Shown in pieces: positions 36,995 through 47,483 of a stretch of DNA of 64,000 nucleotides. The stretch covers positions 28,758 to 92,757 of the forward strand of contig JBGTHM010000102.1 in assembly GCA_041746255.1 (NCBI GenBank), given 5' to 3'. The notes beneath the pieces are model-generated. The model did not search any database. It was given only the letters and a program-made list of their open reading frames with translations, and was not told the origin of the DNA. A program made the position numbers and the translations under genes. The DNA is from Fibrobacteria bacterium. Its GTDB lineage: Bacteria; Fibrobacterota; Fibrobacteria; UBA11236. The stretch's first letter is position 1. Each line of letters opens with the position of its first letter.

Positions 36995-38083
36995 TCAACC
37001 GGCCAACAGTTTTTCCGCCTCTTTCAAAAAGGCCTCGTTTTGTTCCCGCGTGCCGATGGTAACCCGGCTCCAATTATCCAGGCCGAAGCTTTTCAAGGGG
37101 CGGATGATGATACCGCGGCGCGCGAGGTCTTCACAGAAATCCACGGCGGGCCGTTCAGTGCGGAAGCAGATGAAATTCGCCTGGGTGGCGATGAATTCCA
37201 ATTGCAGACGATGCAGCTCCGACTCAAGGTAGGCGCGCCCCTCATTATTCACTTCCAATGACCTGCGTACGAACTCCTTATCCTCCAAGGCGGCCACGCC
37301 CGCGACTTGGGCCAGGGTTCCCACGTTGAACGGGGATTTGACGCGTCCCATTTCCAACAGCAGGTCCGGATGCGCGATAGCGTATCCGAGACGCAATGCC
37401 GCCAAAGCATAGAGTTTGCTGAAGGTGCGGCTGACGATAAGATTGGGGTAGGTGCGCATCAGCTTCAGGCAATCGGGAAAGTCGGAAGCCGTCGCGAATT
37501 CGCCGTAGGCTTCGTCCACTACCACCAGGGTTTGAGGTGAAGATTCCGTAAGCAGCGATTCCAACTCGCCATGGGTGAAATAGGATCCGGTGGGATTGTT
37601 CGGATTGCACAAGAAAACCAGGCGCGTTTTGCCGTCAAGCCGTTCCCGAAATCCGGCGAGGTCGTAACGGTTGTGTAATTGGGGGACCTTCACGATTTCG
37701 CCATCGAAGATGCGTCCGGAAAATTCGTATTCCGAAAAAGTATTCTCGCTGACCAGCACCTCTTCGCCCGGATTCAAAAAAGCGGCGGCAATCATCAAAA
37801 GCACTTCGTCCGAACCGTTCCCGGCCATGAACCATTCCATGGGAAGGCCGAAGTGTTGCGCTAGCGCCCGGCGTAAGGCTCGGCTGGCACCGTCGGGATA
37901 GAGATGGATTTGCTCGAGCGCCCCCTGAATAGCCGCAGTCACTTTCGGGTTGGCGCCCAAGGGGTTTTCGTTGGAGCCCAACTTGACGATACGGGGCGGC
38001 TGGTATTGCGCGCGCACATCGGCGATGGATCGACCTGGAACATAGGGTTGCAAGGCTTGAATACAGGAACGACCGATCTTCAT
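36995..38083 (-). CDS. hisC: Histidinol-phosphate aminotransferase
   Basis: The N-terminus MKIGRSCIQALQPYVPGRSI..IVKLGSNENPLG (with an ATG at 38083) and a PLP-lysine region ...IVSRTFSKLYALAALRLGY are typical of HisC. The 97-aa extension in the track is a spurious upstream frame. Confidence 0.85.
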   Translation of the reverse strand: MKIGRSCIQALQPYVPGRSIADVRAQYQPPRIVKLGSNENPLGANPKVTAAIQGALEQIHLYPDGASRALRRALAQHFGLPMEWFMAGNGSDEVLLMIAAAFLNPGEEVLVSENTFSEYEFSGRIFDGEIVKVPQLHNRYDLAGFRERLDGKTRLVFLCNPNNPTGSYFTHGELESLLTESSPQTLVVVDEAYGEFATASDFPDCLKLMRTYPNLIVSRTFSKLYALAALRLGYAIAHPDLLLEMGRVKSPFNVGTLAQVAGVAALEDKEFVRRSLEVNNEGRAYLESELHRLQLEFIATQANFICFRTERPAVDFCEDLARRGIIIRPLKSFGLDNWSRVTIGTREQNEAFLKEAEKLLAG

Positions 38084-38168
38084 ACCTGCAAAGGTACTCT
38101 CAGGGCTCCGATGTCTGCAAATGCGCCGCGGTTTTAGCCGTTTTTCCAACGCTCTACCCGAATCCGGA

Positions 38169-40193
38169 CTATAGCATCGACAGGGGATCCATATCCGACC
38201 GCAGCTTGGTTTCCTGGGGACGGTCGGGCCGGTATTCCACCAGGGTTTGCCGCAACAGCCATTGTAGCTGATTCGCCGCGCGTCCTTTGGCGATAATCTG
38301 GGCGCGGTATTGGCGATTGATGCGCTTAAGAGCTGCGAAAGCGGGTCCCAAGACCTGGGCCTCCACCTGCTTCGCATGGTTTTTGAACGCCGTGGCGAAC
38401 AACGCCATATGTTTTTCCACCCACTCTTCGCGGGGCCCGGAAATCTCCACCAGGAGAAGTTTTCGGTAGGGCGGAAAATGCAAATCCTTGCGCACCTGCA
38501 ATTCTTCGGTCACAAAGCTCTCGTAATCCTGGGACAGGGCATGCAACAAAACCGGATCCTGGGGCTTGAAAGTTTGCAGGTAAACCTCCCCGGTTTCCCC
38601 ATGCCTTCCCGCCCGTCCCGCCACCTGGGTGATGAGTTGGAAGAGCCTCTCTTGCGCCCGGAAATCAGAAAGTCCCATTCCTGTATCGGCATCCACGACT
38701 CCGACCAGGTTCACATTGGGAAAGTCATGCCCTTTGGCCACCATCTGGGTTCCCAATAAGATGCGCGTCGCCCCGCTTTTAAACTCTTCGAGCACCTTGT
38801 CGGCGCCCCCGATTCCCCCGGTGGTATCGCGGTCCAACCTCGAAATACCCACTCCGGGGAAAATGCCCTGGAGGTATTCCTCCACCTTTTCGATTGCCAA
38901 CCCGAAGTCCACGAATTCATGGCTTCCGCAATCGCGGCAACCCTCATGCACGGCCATGGCGTAGTCGCAGTAATGGCATTTCAATTTCTGCGCCAGCTTG
39001 TGATACACCAGCGGGAGCAGGCAATTGGGGCATTGACGGTGTTGCCCGCATTTGGCGCATTGCCGCTTGGGAGCGTAACCCCGGCGATTCTGTAGTAAGA
39101 TGGCCTGCTCTCCGCGTTGTAGCCGGTATTGTAACGCGTCTCGCAGGGGAATGGAGAGGGGTAGCACACCCTGCAATTCCAATTGTTCGCGCATATCCAC
39201 GATATGCACCTTGGGAAGTTTGCCGCTGGCCCGCTGTTTCAAAGAAAGCAAAGTGTACTTGCCGGTGAGGGCTGCATGGTACGACTCCAGCGAGGGCGTG
39301 GCGCTTCCCAGCACAACGGGGCAGCTCTCCTGTCTACCTCGGTAAAGAGCCACGTCGCGCGCGTTATAGCGTGGGGAAGCATCCGATTGCTTGTAGCTGC
39401 TTTCATGCTCCTCGTCCACTATGATGAGACCTAGATTGTCGAGGGGCGCCAAAATCGTGGAACGAGCGCCTACGATGATCCGCGCCTTCCCCGCGAACAA
39501 GGCCTGCCATAATTCCCTTTTGTCGCGCGCCCCCAGGTTATGGTGCATGGCATGCACCTGCTCCGGAAGAAAAGATCGGAATCGGGAAAGGGTCTGGGCG
39601 GTCAGGGCGATTTCGGGAAGCAGCACCAATACGTTTTTGCCTTGTTCCAGGGCCTGTTTGGCCAAATGGAGGTAAACCAGGGTTTTACCGCTGCCGGTAA
39701 TGCCGTGCAGCAGAAAGGCTTCGAAACGGGAGGCGACCTGAGCCGCGCCGATGGATGCGATGGCTGCCGCTTGTTCCGCCGTGGGCTGCAAGGCCGGCTG
39801 GTTGTCCTTTTCCAAAAATTTGGACCTGGATTTGACCGCCCGGGGTTTCCGGGGAGGCGCGAACAAAGAGGTCAGGGATTGCTTGGGCAGACATGCCATG
39901 CCAACGGCGGGCAAGGGTGTGGAGTAATAGTCGCTCATCCATTCCAGGAGTTTCATCCAACTCGCGGGGAGCGCGCGTATATTCGCGGCGAAATCATGGG
40001 CCGGTTTGGTCTTGAAGTCCAACTCGGGATAGCCCTTTTCGACGATCAGGCCGATTTGCAGTCGGCCCCGCAAGGGAACCCGGACAATGCCGCCCACCGG
40101 CAATTCGTCAGGGGATAAAGTCCCGGAATCGTACCAAAAAAGGTCCGGCATTCCGCCGGTCAAGAGCACTTTTAGGCGTATGGGCGTTTCCAC
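38169..40193 (-). CDS. priA: Primosomal protein N' (replication restart helicase PriA)
   Basis: Walker A GITGSGKT, DExH-box DEEHESSYKQ, and Cys4-type zinc-binding region CAKCGQHRQCPNC...CHYCDY...CRDCGS. Confidence 0.9.
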   Translation of the reverse strand: METPIRLKVLLTGGMPDLFWYDSGTLSPDELPVGGIVRVPLRGRLQIGLIVEKGYPELDFKTKPAHDFAANIRALPASWMKLLEWMSDYYSTPLPAVGMACLPKQSLTSLFAPPRKPRAVKSRSKFLEKDNQPALQPTAEQAAAIASIGAAQVASRFEAFLLHGITGSGKTLVYLHLAKQALEQGKNVLVLLPEIALTAQTLSRFRSFLPEQVHAMHHNLGARDKRELWQALFAGKARIIVGARSTILAPLDNLGLIIVDEEHESSYKQSDASPRYNARDVALYRGRQESCPVVLGSATPSLESYHAALTGKYTLLSLKQRASGKLPKVHIVDMREQLELQGVLPLSIPLRDALQYRLQRGEQAILLQNRRGYAPKRQCAKCGQHRQCPNCLLPLVYHKLAQKLKCHYCDYAMAVHEGCRDCGSHEFVDFGLAIEKVEEYLQGIFPGVGISRLDRDTTGGIGGADKVLEEFKSGATRILLGTQMVAKGHDFPNVNLVGVVDADTGMGLSDFRAQERLFQLITQVAGRAGRHGETGEVYLQTFKPQDPVLLHALSQDYESFVTEELQVRKDLHFPPYRKLLLVEISGPREEWVEKHMALFATAFKNHAKQVEAQVLGPAFAALKRINRQYRAQIIAKGRAANQLQWLLRQTLVEYRPDRPQETKLRSDMDPLSML

Positions 40194-40306
40194 GGAGGTT
40201 AAATATAGCCCATCGCCCGCTTATAATTTGCATCCTGCGAGTTCCCAGCCCTATAATTACTCGGGTAAAGATCCCACGGTTATCGCGGCCGCTGCCAAAG
40301 TGGGTT

Positions 40307-41881
40307 GTGGCGCTTTATTCCGTAGGCTCGTCATGGCACCACAGGGAAGTCGAGAGGCCAGTGAACGCACCGGAAGAACCATCCAAAGCACAAGATGCGG
40401 TTTCACGATTGTCAAAAACCGCTGATTCCGGCCTGCCTGCGGATGCCGAAGCGAGCGCATTCAAACCCTCATCGGCGGCTGTAGGCCGCTCGACGCCCCC
40501 GGAGATTTCCATTCGTCTGAGTCCGGATCGGATAAGGGCTTTTCTTTCTGTAAAAACCGGCGAAGGAAATGTCGGCGATTTATCCATGGATGCCATAGTG
40601 AAGGCATTGAAGGAAACCGGAATCTCTCGCGGGGTGCAAACCGACTTTATCGTTCAATTCGTGGCGCGGTGGAATACCATCAAGAAGTCCATGGTGGACA
40701 TCCCGGTGGCCGAGTCACCGGATATACCCATCTCGGGCATACCAGGCCGCCTGGAGATTTTGGCGCACCCGAAAGGGGAGCCGGAGGGCGAGTCCGCTTC
40801 GGGAAAAGTGGATTTCCGGGAGAAAAAGACTTTGATCGAAGTCGCGGCGGGCCAAGATCTGGCCCGCTGGCATCCCCCCAAGGCTCCCCAAAATGGGGTG
40901 GACCTATTCGGTGAGAATGTGGTTCCTCCCGTTCCACCGGGTAACGCTCCCATAGCCGGACCCGGTGTCGAGGTTCCGGGGAATGATCCCTCGCTGTACC
41001 GGGCGCTACGGCCGGGTTTCCTACGTATCCATGCGGGAACGGTAGAAGTAGGTGAACATTACGTCGTAGACGGGGACGTGGATTATTCCAGCGGTAACAT
41101 CACCTACCTTCATTCCGTCCGAGTGACCGGCGACGTTCGCAACGGATTCCACCTTAAAGTAGGCGGCGATTTACGTATTGACGGAATTGTGGAAGACAGT
41201 TTTATCCTCTGTTCGGGTGATTTGATAGTCGGCACCGGCTGTGTGGGCACCGGGAAAGGCCTCATTAATATCAAGGGCAGCGCGAATATCGGGTTCGTCA
41301 CCAATCAGGCGGTCAAAAGCCGGGTGGACATCCTAATCGAGCGGGACAGTATGAATGCGAATCTTTACGGAGCCAAAATGGTGCAGGTCTTGGGCCACGT
41401 GGTGGGGGGCCAGGTTATGGCAGGGGAATTGGTGCATGTGGGGTCGATTGGAAACGATTCCGGTACACGCACTGAAATTGAATTGGGTAAGGATTATTTT
41501 CTCCATGAAACCCTGGCGACCATCCAAGCGAAAATCGAGGAATTAATCGGGGCGGTGACGCGAATATCCTTGAATTTGAACCGACTCAGGGAAAAACACG
41601 GGACGGACGGCTTGACGGGTTTCGAAAATGCCCAGTTGTTGGAGATGAGGATGGTGCGCGACGGCATTGAGGAGAAGATGCCGCTTTTGCAGGAGAAAAA
41701 AAGCCAGGTCGAAGAACGCATCCGCCAAGAGTATTTTCAAGAGAACCTCAAGATTAAAGTCGAGAAGAAAATCCACCCGGGAACGGTGATCAAAGTCTGC
41801 GGCGAAATCCTCACCTTCAATGAGACGTTGTCGGGTCCAAAAACCATCGCCTTCAGCGACGGTCGCTTGAAAATATTCTGA
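40307..41881 (+). CDS. DUF342 / FapA-like protein (beta-helical polymer-forming region plus C-terminal coiled coil)
   Basis: The central region has repetitive G-D/V/I-rich turns (HYVVDGDVDYSSGNITYLHSVRVTGDVRNGFHLKVGGDLRIDGIVEDSFILCSGDLIVGTG...), as remembered for DUF342. A coiled-coil segment follows. The gene ends 12 nt before the HD-GYP gene. Confidence 0.5.
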   Translation: MALYSVGSSWHHREVERPVNAPEEPSKAQDAVSRLSKTADSGLPADAEASAFKPSSAAVGRSTPPEISIRLSPDRIRAFLSVKTGEGNVGDLSMDAIVKALKETGISRGVQTDFIVQFVARWNTIKKSMVDIPVAESPDIPISGIPGRLEILAHPKGEPEGESASGKVDFREKKTLIEVAAGQDLARWHPPKAPQNGVDLFGENVVPPVPPGNAPIAGPGVEVPGNDPSLYRALRPGFLRIHAGTVEVGEHYVVDGDVDYSSGNITYLHSVRVTGDVRNGFHLKVGGDLRIDGIVEDSFILCSGDLIVGTGCVGTGKGLINIKGSANIGFVTNQAVKSRVDILIERDSMNANLYGAKMVQVLGHVVGGQVMAGELVHVGSIGNDSGTRTEIELGKDYFLHETLATIQAKIEELIGAVTRISLNLNRLREKHGTDGLTGFENAQLLEMRMVRDGIEEKMPLLQEKKSQVEERIRQEYFQENLKIKVEKKIHPGTVIKVCGEILTFNETLSGPKTIAFSDGRLKIF

Positions 41882-41892
41882 CGGGAGAATGT

Positions 41893-43101
41893 ATGGCAAA
41901 CACCCCGGGAGAAGACGAGGAAATCAAGAAAATCCTATCCATGGATTTGGATGCGCTGGAAAGCATCGATTTACCCGATCCATTCATTGAACTGGAAAAG
42001 CCGCAAGCGGGTAAAAGCAATGCACCCACGCAAATCCTCGATCGCATTCTGGCCACGCCCAAATACCAGGAGTTAGAAGGAAAATGGCGCTCGGGCCGGG
42101 AAGAGGATGTCCCCGCCGGCAGGGCTTATTCGCAAAGCCTGATGCAATTGCTTGCATCGGAAAGAACTTCCGCTTATAAGAACAATGCCTTGCAGAATTA
42201 TCGAAATGCGGTATCCCAAACCAAAGACCTTTATGGGCAAATACTGGTAGGGGAAATGCTGACCGCGGGGCCGTTGCGGTCTTTGACCATGACGCTGGCT
42301 GATATGTTTTCCAAGGATCGCAATCTCTTATTAAGCCTGGCTTTGGGCCCGGTGGATACCGGTGATGATTTTCGCTACCGGCAGTCCCTAAATACCTGCT
42401 TACTCTCGATGGCCGCCGCCTCGGCTGCCGGCTTCGCGCGCGCGCAAGTGCTGGATATCGCTCAGGGCGCGCTTCTGGCTGATGTGGGAATGTTTCTGGT
42501 TCCCGATTCGGTAGTGAATAAATCCGGACGCCTTACCGAGGATGAGTTACGGGAAATCCACAAGCACCCCTTGCTGGGCTTTGGATTGCTGGAAAAAACC
42601 CAGGGGCTTTCGGATTCCGTTTTCGCGGCCGTGCTCCAGCACCACGAAAGGTTGTCGGGCGCCGGTTATCCGGGGAGATTGAAGGGCGCGCAAATCACAC
42701 ATGCAGGTCGCATCGTCGGCATCGCCGATACCCTGGCCGCCATGGCCCATAAACGCAATCATCGCGAAGCCATGACTCCCGCGGAGGCGCTGCAAAGCGT
42801 GATCAAAATGGGCAAGGTGGGGTTTTTCGACGCCGCGCATATCCGCACCCTGCTGGGATATCTTGGAATATACCCTCTGGGATCACTTGTTCGTCTGACC
42901 AGCGGTAAGATCGCGAAGGTGGTTGAAGCCCATCCCGACGATTTAAACAACCCCACCGTATCCATTCTCTTCAATGAAAAAGGGCAGGCATTGCCTACCC
43001 AGAATCCCTTGCAATTGGATTTACGCCGATCGGAGAAAGAGAAAGTCATTGCTGCACTGGGTCATGGTGACATGAAAAATGAAGTTCTAGACGGCTTTTA
43101 A
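41893..43101 (+). CDS. HD-GYP domain protein (second copy in window)
   Basis: HKHPLLGFGLL (HD) and the canonical HHERLSGAGYPGRL (HHExxDGxGYP) signature. Confidence 0.8.
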   Translation: MANTPGEDEEIKKILSMDLDALESIDLPDPFIELEKPQAGKSNAPTQILDRILATPKYQELEGKWRSGREEDVPAGRAYSQSLMQLLASERTSAYKNNALQNYRNAVSQTKDLYGQILVGEMLTAGPLRSLTMTLADMFSKDRNLLLSLALGPVDTGDDFRYRQSLNTCLLSMAAASAAGFARAQVLDIAQGALLADVGMFLVPDSVVNKSGRLTEDELREIHKHPLLGFGLLEKTQGLSDSVFAAVLQHHERLSGAGYPGRLKGAQITHAGRIVGIADTLAAMAHKRNHREAMTPAEALQSVIKMGKVGFFDAAHIRTLLGYLGIYPLGSLVRLTSGKIAKVVEAHPDDLNNPTVSILFNEKGQALPTQNPLQLDLRRSEKEKVIAALGHGDMKNEVLDGF

Positions 43102-43129
43102 AGCGACCGATACCCCGAGCGGGTTATAC

Positions 43130-44140
43130 TCAGCCGGACCGTTGGCTGGAGGCGCGAATACGGAGCTGGGAATGCAGGGTTTGCTGCACGGGACCGTGGG
43201 CATCCGCTTCCAAGAGGTGGGTGACGGCGTTGATGGCTTCTTCGCCCATGGCCTGCTTGGGCTGGGACACGGTGGTGAGCGGCGGATTCAGAAATGCGCT
43301 GTAAGGCAGGTCGTCATGCCCGGCTAAGAGGATGTCGCGGCCCACGCGCAAATTCTTTTCCTCGAAGGCGCGCATGGCGCCGATAGCGATGGAATCGGTG
43401 GCGCAAAACAGGCCCGATGGGGCGGCATGCTCCTTCAAGTAGGCCGTCACGCTGGCATAGCCATAATCTTCGTTGTCGATATGTCCGTTGCGATGACCGG
43501 GAATGAGGAGCGGCTCCAATCCGGCGGTTTCCATGGCGGCACGGTAACCGCGTTCTCGATCCAGAAAAGCGCGGTTTAAAATACCGTGAAAGCTTCCCAG
43601 ATAGGCGGGCTGAATACCCTGCTCCAACAGGTGAGAAGTGACCAGGGCGGCGCTTTCATAGTTATCGTTTACGACATGATGGCTGGCGTCGGCGAAGTAG
43701 CGGTCTATATAAACCAGGGGCAACCGTTTATCCAGTTGCGCTAGTAAATCCCGGTTTTCGTCGGTGATTACCGGCGAGAGGATGATTCCGCAAACTTTTA
43801 AGGATAGGAAATGGCGCAACGCCGCAGCTTCGGTGGCCGCGTCCATATACGAACATCGATAAACCAGCTGATATCCCAGGCGGGCGGCCTCCTTTTCGGC
43901 GGCTTCGATAATCTCACCGTAAAATGGATTGACGATTTGGGAAACAATCATGCCGATGGTGTTGCTGGTTTTGGATACCAGGTTGACGGCGTAGAGATTC
44001 CGTTCGTAGCCCAGTTCCTCACAAGCGGCCAGCACCCTTTCGCGGGTGGCTTTTTTAACCGAGGTATTCCCATTCACCACCTTCGATACGGTGTATAGGG
44101 AATATCCGGCCATTTTGGCCACATCGCTCATGGTTGCCAT
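43130..44140 (-). CDS. LacI-family transcriptional regulator
   Basis: N-terminal HTH MATMSDVAKMAGYSLYTVSKVVNG followed by a periplasmic-binding-fold sugar-binding domain. The ATG at 44140 is preferred over the track start at 44188. Confidence 0.8.
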   Translation of the reverse strand: MATMSDVAKMAGYSLYTVSKVVNGNTSVKKATRERVLAACEELGYERNLYAVNLVSKTSNTIGMIVSQIVNPFYGEIIEAAEKEAARLGYQLVYRCSYMDAATEAAALRHFLSLKVCGIILSPVITDENRDLLAQLDKRLPLVYIDRYFADASHHVVNDNYESAALVTSHLLEQGIQPAYLGSFHGILNRAFLDRERGYRAAMETAGLEPLLIPGHRNGHIDNEDYGYASVTAYLKEHAAPSGLFCATDSIAIGAMRAFEEKNLRVGRDILLAGHDDLPYSAFLNPPLTTVSQPKQAMGEEAINAVTHLLEADAHGPVQQTLHSQLRIRASSQRSG

Positions 44141-44247
44141 AGTATTTGCTTCGTACCAAATAATAGTGCGGAATAAGTTAAACCGCAACCCATCGTCTAA
44201 TAAGACTGTTGATTGCCGTTATTATTTTGAAACACTTTTGGAAATAA

Positions 44248-44275
44248 TAAAGGCCCCTAACTCGGTAGGGGCCTT
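44248..44275 (-). terminator. Rho-independent terminator hairpin downstream of ahcY
   Basis: aaaggcccctaACTCGGtaggggccttt forms a perfect 11-bp GC-rich stem with a 6-nt loop. The sequence is palindromic with A/T runs on both sides and lies 24 nt after the ahcY stop. Confidence 0.55.
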
Positions 44276-44298
44276 TAGGGATTAAGCGAAATTACAGC

Positions 44299-45765
44299 CT
44301 AGTAACGGTAATGATCGGGCTTATAAGGCCCTTCTACCGGTACTCCAATATAGGCTGCCTGCTTGGGGGTCAGCTTGGTGAGTTTGACCCCCAGCTTTTC
44401 CAGGTGCAGGCGCGCAACTTCTTCGTCCAGGGCCTTGGGCAGCACGTAAACGCCTACCGGACGGCGGTTCTTCCACAGGTCGAGCTGGGCCAGAACCTGG
44501 TTGGTGAAAGAAGACGACATCACGAAGGAGGGATGGCCGGTGGCGCAACCCAAGTTTACCAAGCGGCCTTCCGCGAGGATGAAAATGGAACGACCGTCGG
44601 CGAAGATGTATTCGTCCACCTGCGGCTTGATTTCGCGTTTCTTCACGCCCGGCAGGGCTTTCAAGCCCGCCAGGTCCACTTCGCTATCGAAATGTCCGAT
44701 GTTGCAAACGATGCTCTGATCCTTCATCTTGCTCATATGCTCGGCGGTGATAATGCCGACATTTCCCGTGGTGGTGACGAAGATATTCGCTTCGGATAGG
44801 GCATCCTCGATAGTGGTGACTTTATAGCCTTCCATCGCGGCCTGCAAAGCGCAAATGGGATCCACTTCGGTGACTATCACGCGGGCGCCGAAACCGCGCA
44901 TCGATTGGGCGCAGCCCTTGCCCACGTCGCCGTATCCGCAGACCACGACGACCTTGCCGGCCACCATCACGTCGGTGGCGCGTTTAATGCCGTCGGCCAG
45001 CGACTCGCGGCAACCGTAAAGGTTGTCGAACTTGGATTTGGTCACGCTGTCGTTCACGTTGATGGCGGGAATCAGCAATTCCTTGCGCTCGAGCATTTGG
45101 TAAAGGCGGTGTACGCCGGTGGTGGTCTCTTCGGAGACGCCGATCCATTCCTTGACGATATTCGCCCACATGCCGGGGCGCTCTTTCAAGGTGCGCTTGA
45201 GCAGTTTCAAAATCACGGCTTCTTCTTCATGCTCGGGAGTTTTGTCGAGAATGGAGGCGTCTTTTTCGGCAGCCGCGCCCATGTGGATGAGCAAGGTGGC
45301 GTCGCCACCGTCGTCCACGATGAGTTGCGGACCTTTGCCGTCGGGAAAAGTGAGCGCGTCCAAGGTGCATTCCCAATATTCTTCCAAGGTCTCACCCTTC
45401 CAGGCGAAAACGGGAGTACCGGCTTTGGCGATAGCGGCGGCGGCGTGGTCCTGGGTGGAAAAAATATTGCACGAGCACCAGCGCACGTCGGCGCCGAGAT
45501 CGTTCAAGGTTTCGATGAGAACCGCGGTTTGGATGGTCATGTGGAGCGAACCCATGATGCGGGCGCCCTGCAGAGGTTTCTCCTTGCCGTACTTTTGACG
45601 CACGGACATGAGACCGGGCATTTCCTTTTCGGATACTTCGATTTCCTTACGGCCCCAATCGGCGAGGCTTAGGTCCGCGACTTTGAAGTCGGGCGCGCTT
45701 TCGCGAGCTGAACCGGTTTTCTCTCCGGAAGGAGGTGCTTTGGTGGAAGACGTGGCTGATATCAT
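44299..45765 (-). CDS. ahcY: Adenosylhomocysteinase
   Basis: Full-length SAH hydrolase pattern: the NAD-binding segment [17 protein letters not shown], a conserved N-terminal [16 protein letters not shown] and a C-terminal KPDHYRY. Confidence 0.92.
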   Translation of the reverse strand: MISATSSTKAPPSGEKTGSARESAPDFKVADLSLADWGRKEIEVSEKEMPGLMSVRQKYGKEKPLQGARIMGSLHMTIQTAVLIETLNDLGADVRWCSCNIFSTQDHAAAAIAKAGTPVFAWKGETLEEYWECTLDALTFPDGKGPQLIVDDGGDATLLIHMGAAAEKDASILDKTPEHEEEAVILKLLKRTLKERPGMWANIVKEWIGVSEETTTGVHRLYQMLERKELLIPAINVNDSVTKSKFDNLYGCRESLADGIKRATDVMVAGKVVVVCGYGDVGKGCAQSMRGFGARVIVTEVDPICALQAAMEGYKVTTIEDALSEANIFVTTTGNVGIITAEHMSKMKDQSIVCNIGHFDSEVDLAGLKALPGVKKREIKPQVDEYIFADGRSIFILAEGRLVNLGCATGHPSFVMSSSFTNQVLAQLDLWKNRRPVGVYVLPKALDEEVARLHLEKLGVKLTKLTPKQAAYIGVPVEGPYKPDHYRY

Positions 45766-45808
45766 GAAATTCCTTTCTCTAGTGTTAAACTTGCGAACCC
45801 AATGGGCC

Positions 45809-47020
45809 TTAAGCGTTTACCGTTTCGGCTTTGGCCGGGAAGGTTTTTATTACGGCGGATTTCTCGGCGGCTTTCCGCAGCGCATCGGCTTTGTCGGTCT
45901 TTTCCCAGGTGAAGTTCTCATGGTTGCGCCCGAAATGCCCGTGGGCGGCGGTCATGAAATAACGGGGTTTCAAAAGATCGAGCGTGCGGATGATGCCGGC
46001 GGGAGTAAGATCGAAATTTTCCTGCACAAGCGCTTCCATGGCTTCTGGGCTGAGCTTTCCGGTGCCGAAGGTGTCGACATAAATGGAAACGGGGCGGGGG
46101 TAGCCGATGGCATAGGCAAGCTGCACTTCACAGCGCGTGGCCAAGCCGGCCGCGACGATGTTCTTGGCGACGTAGCGCGCGGCGTAAGCGGCGCTTCGAT
46201 CCACCTTGGAGGGGTCTTTGCCGGAAAAGGCGCCGCCGCCATGTCGGCCCATGCCGCCATAGGTATCGACGATGATTTTTCGACCGGTGAGGCCGCAATC
46301 GCCCTGGGGGCCGCCGACTACGAAGCGCCCGGTGGGATTGATGAGGTAACGGGTTTTTTCCGTGAGCAATTCCTTGGGAATCACTTCCTTAATGGCCCTT
46401 TCGATGACTTCCCTCTCGATGGTGGCATGATCAACGTCTTCGGAATGTTGGGTCGAGACGACGATGGTATCGATGGATTTGACCTTGCCGTTCACGTATT
46501 CCACCGTAACCTGGGACTTCGAGTCGGGCCGTAACCAGGGCAACACTTTGGTTTCGCGCAAGTTGGCGAGTTTCTCCACCAAACGGTGGGACAGATGAAT
46601 GGGCAGAGGCATAAGTTCGGGAGTTTCATCACAGGCATATCCGAACATCAAACCCTGGTCGCCCGCGCCCTGTTCCTTGTGAAGACCTTCGCCTTCGGTC
46701 ACGCCCTGTGCGATATCAGGGGACTGTTTGTCCACTACGGTCATGACGGCGCAGGTGCGGTAGTCGAAACCCATGTCGCCATCGGTGTATCCGATGCGCT
46801 TGACGGTGTCGCGAACCACTTGCTGATAATCAACGATTCCCTTGCTGGTGATTTCACCGGCGATAACCACGAGGCCCGTGGTGATCATGGTTTCGCAAGC
46901 GACCCGGCTTTTGGGGTCTTGAGCCAGGAAGGCATCCAATATGGCATCGGAAATCTGGTCGGCCATTTTGTCGGGATGGCCCATGGATACGGATTCGGAG
47001 GTGAAGAGTTGTCTGGACAT
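45809..47020 (-). CDS. metK: S-adenosylmethionine synthetase
   Basis: Canonical MetK motifs: [25 protein letters not shown], and DTYGG...[19 protein letters not shown]. Confidence 0.93.
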   Translation of the reverse strand: MSRQLFTSESVSMGHPDKMADQISDAILDAFLAQDPKSRVACETMITTGLVVIAGEITSKGIVDYQQVVRDTVKRIGYTDGDMGFDYRTCAVMTVVDKQSPDIAQGVTEGEGLHKEQGAGDQGLMFGYACDETPELMPLPIHLSHRLVEKLANLRETKVLPWLRPDSKSQVTVEYVNGKVKSIDTIVVSTQHSEDVDHATIEREVIERAIKEVIPKELLTEKTRYLINPTGRFVVGGPQGDCGLTGRKIIVDTYGGMGRHGGGAFSGKDPSKVDRSAAYAARYVAKNIVAAGLATRCEVQLAYAIGYPRPVSIYVDTFGTGKLSPEAMEALVQENFDLTPAGIIRTLDLLKPRYFMTAAHGHFGRNHENFTWEKTDKADALRKAAEKSAVIKTFPAKAETVNA

Positions 47021-47483
47021 GAAAGCTCCTTTAAAGGGAAGTACGGATTAGGACTATTCGTGGGCATGGGTCCTGCGGACCCGAATTGACTGCCATAAGG
47101 TCTATTGTAAAAAAATTCCGACCGCCGTGCATCGGTTTATCATGATTTACCGATATTTATTAGTAAAGTTCAATAATTTGCCCATTTTCGCCAATAACAC
47201 CCATCTTGGAGATGATGGGAGCCGGCAATCTGAAATAAATGATTATTTGGGCATGGTGGGAAGGGGGAAAAGGGGGTAATTAAACCAAAATCCATGGCTT
47301 AGGCGGTATTCGAGTCATTCCATTTTGACGAGATGGAAAAAACGGACAGATTATTTGTTGAAACCCTTATAAATTTGAAACGTATCAATATTTGGCTTTG
47401 TTTGATTACGGTTGGGCGTCAGACGGGAATCTGTAGGCAAGCACCAGGTAATTGGGTAGGGATGAAAATAAGGCTTGGATTTC

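Noticed and set aside
47021-47200. SAM riboswitch in the metK leader
   Set aside because: By eye I could not find the SAM-I or SAM-II conserved cores. It is kept only as a low-confidence candidate structured leader, not annotated as a riboswitch.
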